A stretch of DNA of 32,000 nt, taken from NCBI RefSeq assembly GCF_042660085.1, contig NZ_JBHSTI010000001.1, forward strand, positions 2,591 through 34,590, given 5' to 3'. Both the position numbers and the translations under genes were made by a program. This DNA comes from Longivirga aurantiaca. Lineage in GTDB: Bacteria > Actinomycetota > Actinomycetes > S36-B12 > CAIYMF01. This document shows, in pieces, positions 1 to 8,188 of the stretch (positions are counted from its first letter, which is position 1; every line of letters starts with the position of its first letter). Below the pieces are notes generated by a model. It was not told where the DNA came from. It made no database searches and worked only from the letters and a program-made list of their open reading frames with translations.

Positions 1-19
1 AAGCGCTGACCGCCGTACG

Positions 20-1027
20 GTGGCGGGCGTGACCGAGCGCGAGATCACCGGGCCCGTCGACCTCTGCACGCCGAAGGGCCGCGTCAACCGCGACGCCGTG
101 GGGTGGACGCGGCAGCCGCTGCACCGCACCGCGGTGCCGGGCTGGGGACGCACGAAGCGCTGGGAGTACTGGGGCGTCATGACGCCGTCGGTGTTCGTCG
201 GGCTCACGGTGTCCTCGCTCGACTACGCCGGCGTCGAGGCGGTGTACGTGCTCGACCGCGCGACCGGCCGCGAGCACGTGCACGAGGCGGTCGTGCCGCT
301 CGCCCGCGGCGTGGTGCTACCCGATCGTTGCGGCACGGGCCGTGCGTCGGCGTCCGCGAAGGACCTGCGGATCGAGCTCGTCGAGGTAGCGGGCGGCACG
401 CACATCAGCGCCACCGCCCCGGGGATCGAGGTCGACGTCGTCGCCGCGCTGCCCGAGGGGCACGAGCGCATGGGTGTGGTCGTTCCGTGGTCCGACACCC
501 GCTTCCAGTACACGGTGAAGGACGTCGGGCGGCCGGTCTCCGGCACGGTCGTCGTCGACGGCGCTCAGCACGAGGTGGGTGGCGCCGGCTCGTTCGGGGT
601 GCTCGACCACGGCCGGGGGCGGTGGCCGTACTCGCTCACGTGGAACTGGGGCGCGGGCCACGGCACAGTCGACGGACGCGGCATCGGCGTCCAGGTGGGC
701 GGCCTCTGGACCGACGGCACCGGCTCGACCGAGAACGCCCTCGTGGTCGACGGCGTCGTGCACAAGGAGTCGGGCACCTTGCGGTGGGAGTACGACCGCG
801 CGGACTGGCTGCGGCCCTGGCGGATCCGGACCATCGACTCCGACCGTGTCGATCTGGCCTTCACCCCGCGGCACGAGCGGGTGGCGCGCACCAACCTGCT
901 CGTGGTCGCGAACGAGACGCACCAGTGCTTCGGCACCTGGTCGGGGTGGATGAGCACCGACGACGGCGAGCACGTCCGCGTGGACGGCGCCGAGGGTTGG
1001 GCCGAGGAGGCCCGCAACCGCTGGTGA
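20..1027 (+). CDS. DUF2804 domain-containing protein
   Basis: The frame has high GC3 and a balanced amino-acid composition. Motifs REITGPVDLC, WEYWGV, FQYTVKD and WNWG, and the ~335 aa length, fit my recollection of DUF2804 proteins. The start is ambiguous. GTG 20 is one option. GTG 29 lies 7 nt after a TACGGT -10-like hexamer at 16-21, which would make the gene leaderless. The frame is open to the window edge. Confidence 0.8.
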   Translation: MAGVTEREITGPVDLCTPKGRVNRDAVGWTRQPLHRTAVPGWGRTKRWEYWGVMTPSVFVGLTVSSLDYAGVEAVYVLDRATGREHVHEAVVPLARGVVLPDRCGTGRASASAKDLRIELVEVAGGTHISATAPGIEVDVVAALPEGHERMGVVVPWSDTRFQYTVKDVGRPVSGTVVVDGAQHEVGGAGSFGVLDHGRGRWPYSLTWNWGAGHGTVDGRGIGVQVGGLWTDGTGSTENALVVDGVVHKESGTLRWEYDRADWLRPWRIRTIDSDRVDLAFTPRHERVARTNLLVVANETHQCFGTWSGWMSTDDGEHVRVDGAEGWAEEARNRW

Positions 1028-1113
1028 GGCAAGCCTCACCTGATCGCCTGTGCTGCAACGGGAATCACGTGCCCGAATGCCCGATCGCGCAGCCGTGGAA
1101 GGCCAGCCGCACC

Positions 1114-1119
1114 TACTCT
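1114..1119 (+). promoter_or_regulatory. -10-like hexamer TACTCT, 6 nt upstream of the yjjI ATG (putative leaderless promoter)
   Basis: A TANNNT hexamer ends at 1119, the ATG is at 1126, and there is no Shine-Dalgarno sequence in between. The same geometry recurs at several other operon-leading genes in this window. Confidence 0.3.
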
Positions 1120-1125
1120 GGACTC

Positions 1126-2679
1126 ATGGACATGTCCGAGGTACGCACGCGCGCCCGCACGCTCGTCGACAGCCCGGCGCTCACGTACAAGCAGCGCGTC
1201 CAGGCGCTCGCCGGCCTCGCCGAGGAGACGCTCGACCCGCCGCCCACCTCCACCGCTGTGACCGACGCGCTCGCGACCGGGCTCGTGTGCGACATCGGCG
1301 AGGGCCATGCGCCGTACCGGCCCCGCTACCTGCTGCCCGACTACCCCAAGGCGCTGCGCCAGGGCTCGGAGTTCCTCGGCCTGAAGCCGCCGACCGACCT
1401 CTACGAGGCCGTCGCGTTCCTGCTGTCGATGTACTCCCAGGTTCCGTCGATCACCGGCTACCCGGTCTACCTCGGCGACGTCGACTCGCTGCTCGAGCCG
1501 TACGCCGAGGGCGTCGACGACGAGACGCTCACGAAGATCCTGCGGCTGATGTGGGTCACGATCGACCGGTCGCTGCCCGACGCGTTCACCCACGCGAACC
1601 TCGGGCCGGACGACTCGCGCGTCGGCCGCACGATCCTGGCGCTCGAGCGCGAGCTGCTGCAGACCGTGCCGAACCTGACGCTGAAGGTGGACGCCGAGCG
1701 CACGCCCGACAGCCTCGTGCTCGACGCCGTCCGCACGGTGTTCGCGTGCGGCAAGCCGCACTTCGTCAACCACGCGATGATGACTGCCGACCTCGGGCCC
1801 GACTACGGCGTCGTCTCCTGCTACAACTCGCTGCGCGTCGGCGGGGGCTCGCACACGCTGGTGCGGCTCAACCTCGCCGAGTCCGCGCGCCGGAACGTCG
1901 GCGGCGTCGACGACTACCTCGCCGCCACGCTGCCCGAGCACGTCGCCGTCACGGCCGAGCTCATGGCCGCGCGCATCACGTCGCTGGTGGAGCAGGCGCA
2001 GTTCTTCGACCACAGCTGGCTCGCCGACGAGGGCCTCGTGCACCTCGACCGGATGTCGGCGATGTTCGGCGTCTACGGCCTCGCCGAGTGCGTCGACTCG
2101 CTCGTCGCCGCCGGTGGCGGCACCGGCCGCTACGGGCACGACGCCGATGCCACCGCGCTCGGGTGGCGCATCGTCGAGCGGGTCGCCGAGCTCGTCGCCG
2201 CGACCCCGCTCCCCTACTGCGAGGGCAACGGCGGCCGCGCGTTCCTACACTCGCAGTCCGGCATCGACTCCGACCTCGGCGTCACCGCCGGCACGCGCAT
2301 CCCCATCGGCGACGAGCCCCCGCTGTACGAGCACCTCGCGGCCGTCACGCCGAACCACAAGTGGTTCGCCTCGGGCGTGAGCGACATCCTGTCGTTCGAC
2401 GACACTGCCGTGCGCAACCCGCAGGCATGCGTCGACGTCGTACGCGGCGCTCTGGCCACCGGAATGCGCGACGTGACGTTCAACCTCGACAGCAACGACT
2501 TCATCCGCATCACCGGCTACCTCGTGCGCAAGAGCGACCTCGCCAAGCTCGAGGCGACCGGCGTCGCCCGTCATGGCAGCGACGTCCTCGCGGCCGGGTC
2601 GGTGGCGAACTCGCACTCGGACAAGCGTGCGCCGAAGCGGGTGATCAGCCATGAGTCAGCCCCTCGGGCTGCTGGCTGA
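1126..2679 (+). CDS. yjjI: YjjI-family glycine (glycyl) radical enzyme, function unknown
   Basis: This is the 517-aa portion of the 103..2679 ORF, starting at ATG 1126 (MDMSEVRTR...). A C-terminal IRITGYLVRK sequence resembles the glycyl-radical motif R-[VI]-x-G-[YF], with the Gly codon at 2515-2517. The size matches E. coli YjjI (~516 aa). A GRE activase gene lies immediately downstream and overlaps it. The upstream part of the ORF (103-1125) is Arg/Gly-rich and overlaps the DUF2804 gene, so I trimmed it. Confidence 0.8.
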   Translation: MDMSEVRTRARTLVDSPALTYKQRVQALAGLAEETLDPPPTSTAVTDALATGLVCDIGEGHAPYRPRYLLPDYPKALRQGSEFLGLKPPTDLYEAVAFLLSMYSQVPSITGYPVYLGDVDSLLEPYAEGVDDETLTKILRLMWVTIDRSLPDAFTHANLGPDDSRVGRTILALERELLQTVPNLTLKVDAERTPDSLVLDAVRTVFACGKPHFVNHAMMTADLGPDYGVVSCYNSLRVGGGSHTLVRLNLAESARRNVGGVDDYLAATLPEHVAVTAELMAARITSLVEQAQFFDHSWLADEGLVHLDRMSAMFGVYGLAECVDSLVAAGGGTGRYGHDADATALGWRIVERVAELVAATPLPYCEGNGGRAFLHSQSGIDSDLGVTAGTRIPIGDEPPLYEHLAAVTPNHKWFASGVSDILSFDDTAVRNPQACVDVVRGALATGMRDVTFNLDSNDFIRITGYLVRKSDLAKLEATGVARHGSDVLAAGSVANSHSDKRAPKRVISHESAPRAAG

Positions 2680-3379
2680 CGTCGTCCCGTTCTCCTGGGT
2701 CGACGGGCCGGGCAACCGGTTCGCCGTGTTCCTCCAGGGGTGCAACCTCGACTGCCTGGTGTGCCACAACCCGCACACGATGCCGCTGCAGACGCCGCTC
2801 GCCCGGTCGGTGACTGTGGCCGAGCTCGTCGACGAGGTGCGTCCCCAGGCGCCGTACCTCTCGGGCGTGACCGTCTCCGGCGGCGAGGCGACGCTGCAGG
2901 CACCGTTCGTGGCCGCCTGGTTCGACGCGCTGCGCGAGGACCCGGCCACCGCCCACCTGACCCGCTTCGTCGACAGCAACGGCTGCGCCGACGACGAGGT
3001 GTGGGACCTCCTGCTCCCGCGCACCGAGGGCGTGATGCTCGACCTCAAGGCGCTCGACCTCGGCACCCACCTCGAGCTCACCGGGTCGTCGAACTTCCCG
3101 GTGCTGCGCAGCCTCGACCGGCTCGCGCTCGCGCACAAGCTCGCAGAGGTCCGGCTGCTCATCGTGCCGGGCCGCAACGACTCCGAGGAGACGCTCCGCC
3201 GCACCGGCGCGTACGTCGCTGCCCGGGCACCCGGTGTGCCCGTGCGCGTCATCGGCTTCCGGCCGCACGGCGTACGGGCCGCAGCGCGGTCCATCCCCGA
3301 GCCGACGCCCGAGGAGCGCGCCCACTACGGCGCCTGGGTCGCCGAGTCCGTCGGCGCCGACCTCGTCACCGTCGTCTGA
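2651..3379 (+). CDS. yjjW: Glycyl-radical enzyme activating protein (radical SAM, YjjW/PflA-like)
   Basis: The N-terminus reads VDGPGNRFAVFLQGCNLDCLVCHNP. That is the GRE-activase signature, GPGxR followed by the CX3CX2C radical-SAM cluster (Cys codons 2741-2764). A GGEATL SAM-binding-like motif is also present. The ATG at 2651 overlaps the yjjI 3' end by 29 nt. Confidence 0.9.
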   Translation: MSQPLGLLADVVPFSWVDGPGNRFAVFLQGCNLDCLVCHNPHTMPLQTPLARSVTVAELVDEVRPQAPYLSGVTVSGGEATLQAPFVAAWFDALREDPATAHLTRFVDSNGCADDEVWDLLLPRTEGVMLDLKALDLGTHLELTGSSNFPVLRSLDRLALAHKLAEVRLLIVPGRNDSEETLRRTGAYVAARAPGVPVRVIGFRPHGVRAAARSIPEPTPEERAHYGAWVAESVGADLVTVV

Positions 3380-3387
3380 CGCGATTT

Positions 3388-3427
3388 GGTAGTGGTTTCT
3401 CGCAGCAGAGCGCGAGATTCCACTACC
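3388..3427. promoter_or_regulatory. 40-nt imperfect palindrome / hairpin between yjjW and the FAH-like gene
   Basis: The sequence is GGTAGTGG-TT-TCTCGC-(agcagagc)-GCGAGA-TT-CCACTACC. It has 8-bp and 6-bp arms with a symmetric T/T mismatch and is locally AT-richer than its surroundings. It lies 9 nt after the yjjW stop and 41 nt before ATG 3468, with no U-tract. It could be a terminator-like stem or an operator. Confidence 0.4.
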
Positions 3428-3467
3428 GAATCGGGCGTTGGTACGAGCGGCGATTACGCTCTCGACC

Positions 3468-4328
3468 ATGCTGATCGTCGACGCGCACGAGGCGCACACC
3501 TGGTTCGGGTTCGGCGTCGCCGGCAACTTCGCCGGCCACCTCGAGCAGGCGGGCGAGGCGGGCGACTTCGTGTCGGTCACGGCGCCCGAGAACGCGCCGA
3601 AGGGCATCTTCCCCTTCTACGTGCCGGGCAAGGACTCGTACCTCGGCACCTTCCCGATCTCGTCCGACGCCGTGCAGCTGCCGGAGTCCGACACCCCGCT
3701 CAACCTGCAGATCGAACCGGAGGCCGGCCTGCTCTGCCACGTCCACTACGGCGAGGACGGCAGCGTCGAGCGGCTCGCACCGTATGCGATCGGGGCGTTC
3801 AACGACTGCTCGATCCGCCGCCCTGACGCCAAGAAGCTGAGCGAGAAGAAGAACTGGGGCCCGGCGTCCAAGGGCCTCGCCGCGCGCCTGCTCACGGTCG
3901 ACGACCTCGGCCCCGCCGGAGGCACCGCCGAGCTGCGCATCGCGAGCTTCCTGCGCCGCGCCGGCGAGGCGCACGCCTACGGTCTCGACTCCCCCGTCGT
4001 CGGCTACTCGTACTACGGCGACGTCCTGCTCGACTGGATGGTCGAGCGCCTGCACCACCAGAAGGGCGCGCCCGAGACGCCGCTCGAGGACGTCGGGCAG
4101 TACCTCCTCGACGCCGGCCGCCCCGCCACGGCCGTGATCGGCATCGGCGCCACGCGTTACACCGAGGTCGGCGAGAGCACCTACCTCGAGGACGGCGACC
4201 AGGCGATCGTGATCGTGTACGACGCCGACGCGAGCACGCCCGAGCAGGTCGCGGCCGCGGTCGCCGCAGGCACCGAGGACGACCTCGAGCATGCCTCGGT
4301 GCTGCGCCAGACCGTCCGCACCGCCTGA
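3468..4328 (+). CDS. Conserved hypothetical protein, fumarylacetoacetate-hydrolase (FAH)-like fold suspected (possibly DUF5718)
   Basis: The frame has high GC3. I prefer the ATG at 3468 (MLIVDAHEAHTWFGFGVAGNFAGHLEQAGE...) over the upstream track start at 3438. The pattern GNFxxH..E......PKGxFPFYxP....lg...i.lP......IEPE loosely resembles FAH-family cores. The product call is tentative. Confidence 0.7.
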   Translation: MLIVDAHEAHTWFGFGVAGNFAGHLEQAGEAGDFVSVTAPENAPKGIFPFYVPGKDSYLGTFPISSDAVQLPESDTPLNLQIEPEAGLLCHVHYGEDGSVERLAPYAIGAFNDCSIRRPDAKKLSEKKNWGPASKGLAARLLTVDDLGPAGGTAELRIASFLRRAGEAHAYGLDSPVVGYSYYGDVLLDWMVERLHHQKGAPETPLEDVGQYLLDAGRPATAVIGIGATRYTEVGESTYLEDGDQAIVIVYDADASTPEQVAAAVAAGTEDDLEHASVLRQTVRTA

Positions 4329-4344
4329 GCAGCACCTGACGCAC

Positions 4345-4375
4345 GAGAGCCCCGGCCGCATCGGCCGGGGCTCTC
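4345..4375. terminator. Bidirectional stem-loop terminator between convergent genes
   Basis: The arms are perfect inverted repeats, GAGAGCCCCGGCCG and CGGCCGGGGCTCTC, around the loop cat (13-14 bp GC-rich stem). It sits 17 nt after the + strand stop (4328) and 14 nt after the sdhB stop (4389). There is no U-tract, so it is the I-shaped type common in actinobacteria. Confidence 0.65.
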
Positions 4376-4388
4376 GAACGTCCAGGGA

Positions 4389-5183
4389 CTAGCGCGGGGT
4401 GCTGCCGCCCGGCGTCGCGCCCGGCTTCTCGCGCTTCTCGTTCTTCCGGAAGAGCGACGCCACCGAGAAGATCGGGTCGTACTTGCGGTCGGCGACGCGC
4501 TCCTTGAGCGGGATGAGCGCGTTGTCGGTGATGTGGATGTGCTCGGGGCAGACCTCGGTGCAGCACTTGGTGATGTTGCAGTAGCCGAGACCGTGGTCCT
4601 CCACGGCGACCTCGCGACGGTCGGCCGTGTCGAGCGGGTGCATGTCGAGCTCGGCGATGCGCATGAGGAAGCGCGGGCCGGAGAACGTGGTCTTGTTCTC
4701 CTCGTGGTCGCGCACCGCGTGGCACACGTTGTTGCAGAGGAAGCACTCGATGCACTTGCGGAACTCCTGGCTCCGCTCGACGTCGACCTGCTGCATCCGG
4801 TAGTCGCCCGGCTCGAGGTCCGCGGGCGGCGCGAACGACGGCACCATGCGGGCCTTCTCGTAGTTGTACGAGACGTCCGTGACGAGGTCGCGGATCACCG
4901 GGAACGTCCGCAGGGGCGTGATCGCGATCGTCTCGTCCTCGGTGAACGTGTTCATGCGCGTCATGCACATGAGCCGCGGCTTGCCGTTGATCTCCGCGCT
5001 GCACGAGCCGCACTTGCCGGCCTTGCAGTTCCAGCGGACGGCGAGGTCAGGAGCCTCGGTCGCCTGCAGACGGTGGACGATGTCGAGGACGACCTCGCCC
5101 TCGTTGACCTCGACGGCGAAGTCCTGCAGCGCGCCGCCCTCGTCGTCGCCGCGCCATACCTTGAACTTGGCGGTGTACGTCAT
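4389..5183 (-). CDS. sdhB: Succinate dehydrogenase / fumarate reductase iron-sulfur subunit
   Basis: The protein starts MTYTAKFKVWRGDD. The Cys clusters are CKAGKCGSCSAEING (2Fe-2S), CIECFLCNNVC and CNITKCCTEVCP (4Fe-4S and 3Fe-4S). The ATG at 5183 overlaps the sdhA stop in an ATGA junction. Confidence 0.95.
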   Translation of the reverse strand: MTYTAKFKVWRGDDEGGALQDFAVEVNEGEVVLDIVHRLQATEAPDLAVRWNCKAGKCGSCSAEINGKPRLMCMTRMNTFTEDETIAITPLRTFPVIRDLVTDVSYNYEKARMVPSFAPPADLEPGDYRMQQVDVERSQEFRKCIECFLCNNVCHAVRDHEENKTTFSGPRFLMRIAELDMHPLDTADRREVAVEDHGLGYCNITKCCTEVCPEHIHITDNALIPLKERVADRKYDPIFSVASLFRKNEKREKPGATPGGSTPR

Positions 5184-7066
5184 CAGTGGGCACCCTTCGG
5201 GAGCTCGGCCTCGGTGAGGTACTTCTTCAGCTCGCTGACCTCGAAGAGCTCGATGAGGTCCTCGCGCATCGGCGGGATCGGCTGGCGCTCGATGGCGACG
5301 CCGTCGCCCTCCGCGCGGCAGACGATGTTGACCTGGCGCCACTCAGGGTTCATGCCCGGGAAGTCGTCGCGGGTGTGGCCGCCACGGCTCTCGGTCCGCT
5401 CGAGCGCGGCCTTGGCGACCGACTCGCCGACCAGCAGCATGTTGCGCAGGTCGATCGCGAGGTGCCAGCCCGGGTTGAACGCCCGGCCGCCCTCGACCTT
5501 GGCGTTCTGCACGCGCACCTTGAAGTCGTCGAGCCGCTCGAGCGCCTCGACGAGCTCGGCCTCGGTGCGGATGATGCCGACGAGGTCGTTCATCGTCTGC
5601 TGCAGCTCGGCGTGGATGACGAACGGGTTCTCGCCGCTCTCGATGTTGAACGGGAGCAGCGCCTCGGCCTCGGCCTCGGCCAGCATCTCGTCGGTGACCG
5701 CGGGCCGCGAGCCGCCGAGCCGGTCGATGTACTCGGCAGCACCGAGCCCGGCGCGACGGCCGAAGACCAGCAGGTCCGAGAGCGAGTTGCCGCCGAGACG
5801 GTTCGAGCCGTGCATCCCGCCGGAGACCTCGCCTGCGGCGAACAGGCCGGGGAGCTTGGTCATCTCGGAGTCGGGGTCGACCTCCACGCCACCCATGACG
5901 TAGTGGCAGGTCGGACCGACCTCCATCGGCTCCTTGGTGATGTCGACGTCGGCCAGCTCCTTGAACTGGTGCCACATCGACGGGAGCTTCTTGCGGATGA
6001 CGTCGGCGGGCAGCCGGCTCGACACGTCGAGGTAGACGCCGCCGCGGGGGGATCCACGGCCCGCCTTGACCTCGGAGTTGATCGCGCGGGCGACCTCGTC
6101 GCGGGGCAGCAGCTCCGGAGGCCGGCGGTTGTTGTCGGGGTCGGTGTACCAGCGGTCACCCTCCTCGGGCGTCGTCGCGTACATCGCCTTGAAGACGTCG
6201 GGGATGTAGTCGAACATGAAGCGCTTGCCCTCGGAGTTCGTGAGGACGCCGCCATCCCCTCGCACCGACTCGGTGACGAGGATGCCCTTCACCGAGGGCG
6301 GCCAGACCATGCCCGTCGGGTGGAACTGGATGAACTCCATGTTGAGCGTGGTCGCGCCGGCCTTCATCGCGAGGGCGTGACCGTCGCCGGTGTACTCCCA
6401 CGAGCCGCTCGTGACCTTGAACGTCTTGCCGATGCCACCGGTCGCGAGCACGACGGCAGGTGCCTCGAAAAGGACGAAGTCGCCGGTCTCGCGGTAGTAG
6501 CCGTAGGCGCCGGCGGCGCGGCCGTCGGCGGTGAGCAGGCGGGTGATGGTGACCTCGGCGAAGATCTTGATGCCCGCCTCGTAGTCACCCGTCGCGCGGA
6601 AGTCGTCCTGCTGCAGCGAGACGATCTTCTGCTGCAGCGTGCGGATCAGCTCGAGGCCCGAGCGGTCGCCGACGTGGGCGAGGCGCGGGTACTCGTGGCC
6701 GCCGAAGTTGCGCTGGCTGATCTTGCCGTCGGGCGTGCGGTCGAAGAGCGCACCGTAGGTCTCCAGCTCCCAGACTCGCTGCGGCGCCTCCTTGGCGTGC
6801 AGCTCGGCCATCCGCCACGAGTTGAGGAACTTGCCGCCGCGCATGGTGTCGCGGAAGTGGACCTGCCAGTTGTCGTTCGAGTTCACGTTGCCCATGGCCG
6901 CGGCGATGCCGCCCTCGGCCATGACGGTGTGGGCCTTGCCGAACAGCGACTTGCAGACGATGGCGACGCGCTTGCCCAGGAGTCGCGCCTCGATCGCGGC
7001 GCGCAGACCGGCGCCACCGGCACCGATGACGACGACGTCGAAGGAATGGCGCTCGAGCTCGGTCAT
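5183..7066 (-). CDS. sdhA: Succinate dehydrogenase / fumarate reductase flavoprotein subunit
   Basis: A 627-aa protein with the N-terminal FAD fold DVVVIGAGGAGLRAA. It carries SLFGKAHTVMAEGG, which includes the covalent-FAD His context, and the motifs HPTG and SRGGHTR. An AAGGA SD lies 8 nt before the ATG at 7066. Confidence 0.97.
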   Translation of the reverse strand: MTELERHSFDVVVIGAGGAGLRAAIEARLLGKRVAIVCKSLFGKAHTVMAEGGIAAAMGNVNSNDNWQVHFRDTMRGGKFLNSWRMAELHAKEAPQRVWELETYGALFDRTPDGKISQRNFGGHEYPRLAHVGDRSGLELIRTLQQKIVSLQQDDFRATGDYEAGIKIFAEVTITRLLTADGRAAGAYGYYRETGDFVLFEAPAVVLATGGIGKTFKVTSGSWEYTGDGHALAMKAGATTLNMEFIQFHPTGMVWPPSVKGILVTESVRGDGGVLTNSEGKRFMFDYIPDVFKAMYATTPEEGDRWYTDPDNNRRPPELLPRDEVARAINSEVKAGRGSPRGGVYLDVSSRLPADVIRKKLPSMWHQFKELADVDITKEPMEVGPTCHYVMGGVEVDPDSEMTKLPGLFAAGEVSGGMHGSNRLGGNSLSDLLVFGRRAGLGAAEYIDRLGGSRPAVTDEMLAEAEAEALLPFNIESGENPFVIHAELQQTMNDLVGIIRTEAELVEALERLDDFKVRVQNAKVEGGRAFNPGWHLAIDLRNMLLVGESVAKAALERTESRGGHTRDDFPGMNPEWRQVNIVCRAEGDGVAIERQPIPPMREDLIELFEVSELKKYLTEAELPKGAH

Positions 7067-7089
7067 GAAGGGGTTCCTTTACGCGGCCG

Positions 7090-7884
7090 TCAGAAGGAGA
7101 TGTGCAGGTCGGTGCTGAGGATGCCGGACGCCAGCAGGTAGACGTAGAAGTCGGCGAGCACGACGGTGCACAGCGAGATCCACGCCCACTTCATGTGGTG
7201 GGCGTTGATGCGCGACACGAACGTCCACATCTTGTAGCGGACGGGGTGCTTGGAGAAGTGCGTGATCCGGCCGCCGACGGCGTTGCGGCAGGAGTGGCAC
7301 GACAGCGTGTACATCCACAGGGCAGCGGCGTTGACGCACAGGATGATCGTGCCGAGGCCGATGTAGCCCCAGCCGCCCTCGGGCTTCCGGAACGCCGCCA
7401 CGGCGTCGATCGTCAGCATGATGTTGAGGAGCAGCGCCAGGTAGAACGTGTAGCGGTGCATGTTGTTGAGGATCAGCGGGAGGCGGCGCTCACCGGTGTA
7501 CTTGCCGTGGGGCTCGGCGACGGCGCAGGCCGGCGGCGACATCCAGAACGACCGGAAGTAGGCCTTCCGGTAGTAGTAGCAGGTGAACCGGAACGTCAGC
7601 GGGATCCACGCGATCAGCAGCGCCGGGGAGAGCGTCCACCACGAGATCGGGCCGGCGGGGATGGCGCCCGGGTCGCAGGTGGTGACCAGGCACGGCGAGT
7701 AGTACAGCGAGACGTACGGCTCGAACACGTAGTACTGACCGCTGAACACGCGCCAGGCGGAGTACACGACGAACGCCGTGAGCGCGAGGAACGTGACGAG
7801 CGGCTGGATCCACCAGCGGTCCGTCCTCAGCGTCCTGACGTCGATCTTCGCGCGTCCTGGTGCGTCGACACCGGTGCTGGCCAT
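7090..7884 (-). CDS. sdhC: Succinate dehydrogenase membrane anchor subunit (mycobacterial Sdh1 SdhC-like)
   Basis: A 264-aa polytopic hydrophobic protein encoded directly upstream of sdhA/sdhB. The gene order C-A-B and the subunit sizes match the Rv0249c-Rv0247c type operon. A GGGAG SD lies 5 nt before the ATG at 7884. It has a Cys/His-rich segment, LSCHSCRNAVGGRITHFSKH. Confidence 0.85.
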   Translation of the reverse strand: MASTGVDAPGRAKIDVRTLRTDRWWIQPLVTFLALTAFVVYSAWRVFSGQYYVFEPYVSLYYSPCLVTTCDPGAIPAGPISWWTLSPALLIAWIPLTFRFTCYYYRKAYFRSFWMSPPACAVAEPHGKYTGERRLPLILNNMHRYTFYLALLLNIMLTIDAVAAFRKPEGGWGYIGLGTIILCVNAAALWMYTLSCHSCRNAVGGRITHFSKHPVRYKMWTFVSRINAHHMKWAWISLCTVVLADFYVYLLASGILSTDLHISF

Positions 7885-8142
7885 GCGGCTCCCTGCCCGT
7901 TCTGCGTGAGTCGAGTTCGCGGGTCAATCCGTGGGCGAGTGTGCCAGGACCATGCCCCCCATGGGCCCCATACCCCGGCAAGCCGGAGGGGTCCGTGACA
8001 CACGCCACAAGGCTCCGCGGAGCGGCGCCTCGGACGAGGCGGCGGGGCGTGGAGCCGGCGACGGGTCGAGCGGGGCGGAGCAGGCCCCGAGAACCCGCCG
8101 GTCCGGGAGCACCCGGTCCACCGGGTCACAGGTTCCTCCTGG

Positions 8143-8173
8143 CACGGCGTCCCTGCCAGCCAGGGACGCCGTG
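8143..8173. repeat. 31-nt perfect palindrome (13-bp arms) in the sdhC/M20 divergent intergenic region
   Basis: The sequence is CACGGCGTCCCTG-ccagc-CAGGGACGCCGTG. It shares the GGGACGCCGT core with the neighbouring palindrome at 8189-8205. Confidence 0.6.
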
Positions 8174-8188
8174 AGGTCCGTCACCGTC

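Noticed and set aside
103-1125. The N-terminal 341 codons of the 858-aa track ORF 103..2679, which would extend the YjjI-like protein.
   Set aside because: The translation is an Arg/Gly/Ala/Pro-rich low-complexity string and overlaps the well-formed DUF2804 gene in another frame. The recognisable YjjI-like sequence starts at ATG 1126, which has a leaderless-type -10 hexamer. The open frame is a high-GC artefact.
5186-7141. A 651-aa plus-strand ORF antisense to sdhA. Similar antisense or off-frame ORFs are 3892..5013(-), 4533..5903(+) and 5343..5975(-).
   Set aside because: They are antisense or off-frame to unmistakable sdhA/sdhB genes. Their composition is dominated by Arg/Ala/Gly/Asp/Val, and I recognised no motifs.
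7948-7990. A hairpin with an all-C loop (GGACCATG-CCCC-CATGGgCC) followed by CCGG-caag-CCGG. It is reminiscent of the actinobacterial 6C RNA, which has C-rich hairpin loops.
   Set aside because: The stems are short and only one convincing C-rich loop is present. I do not remember this genomic context (sdhC upstream) as a 6C locus, and I cannot run a covariance model. Scanning with Rfam 6C (RF01066) would settle it.
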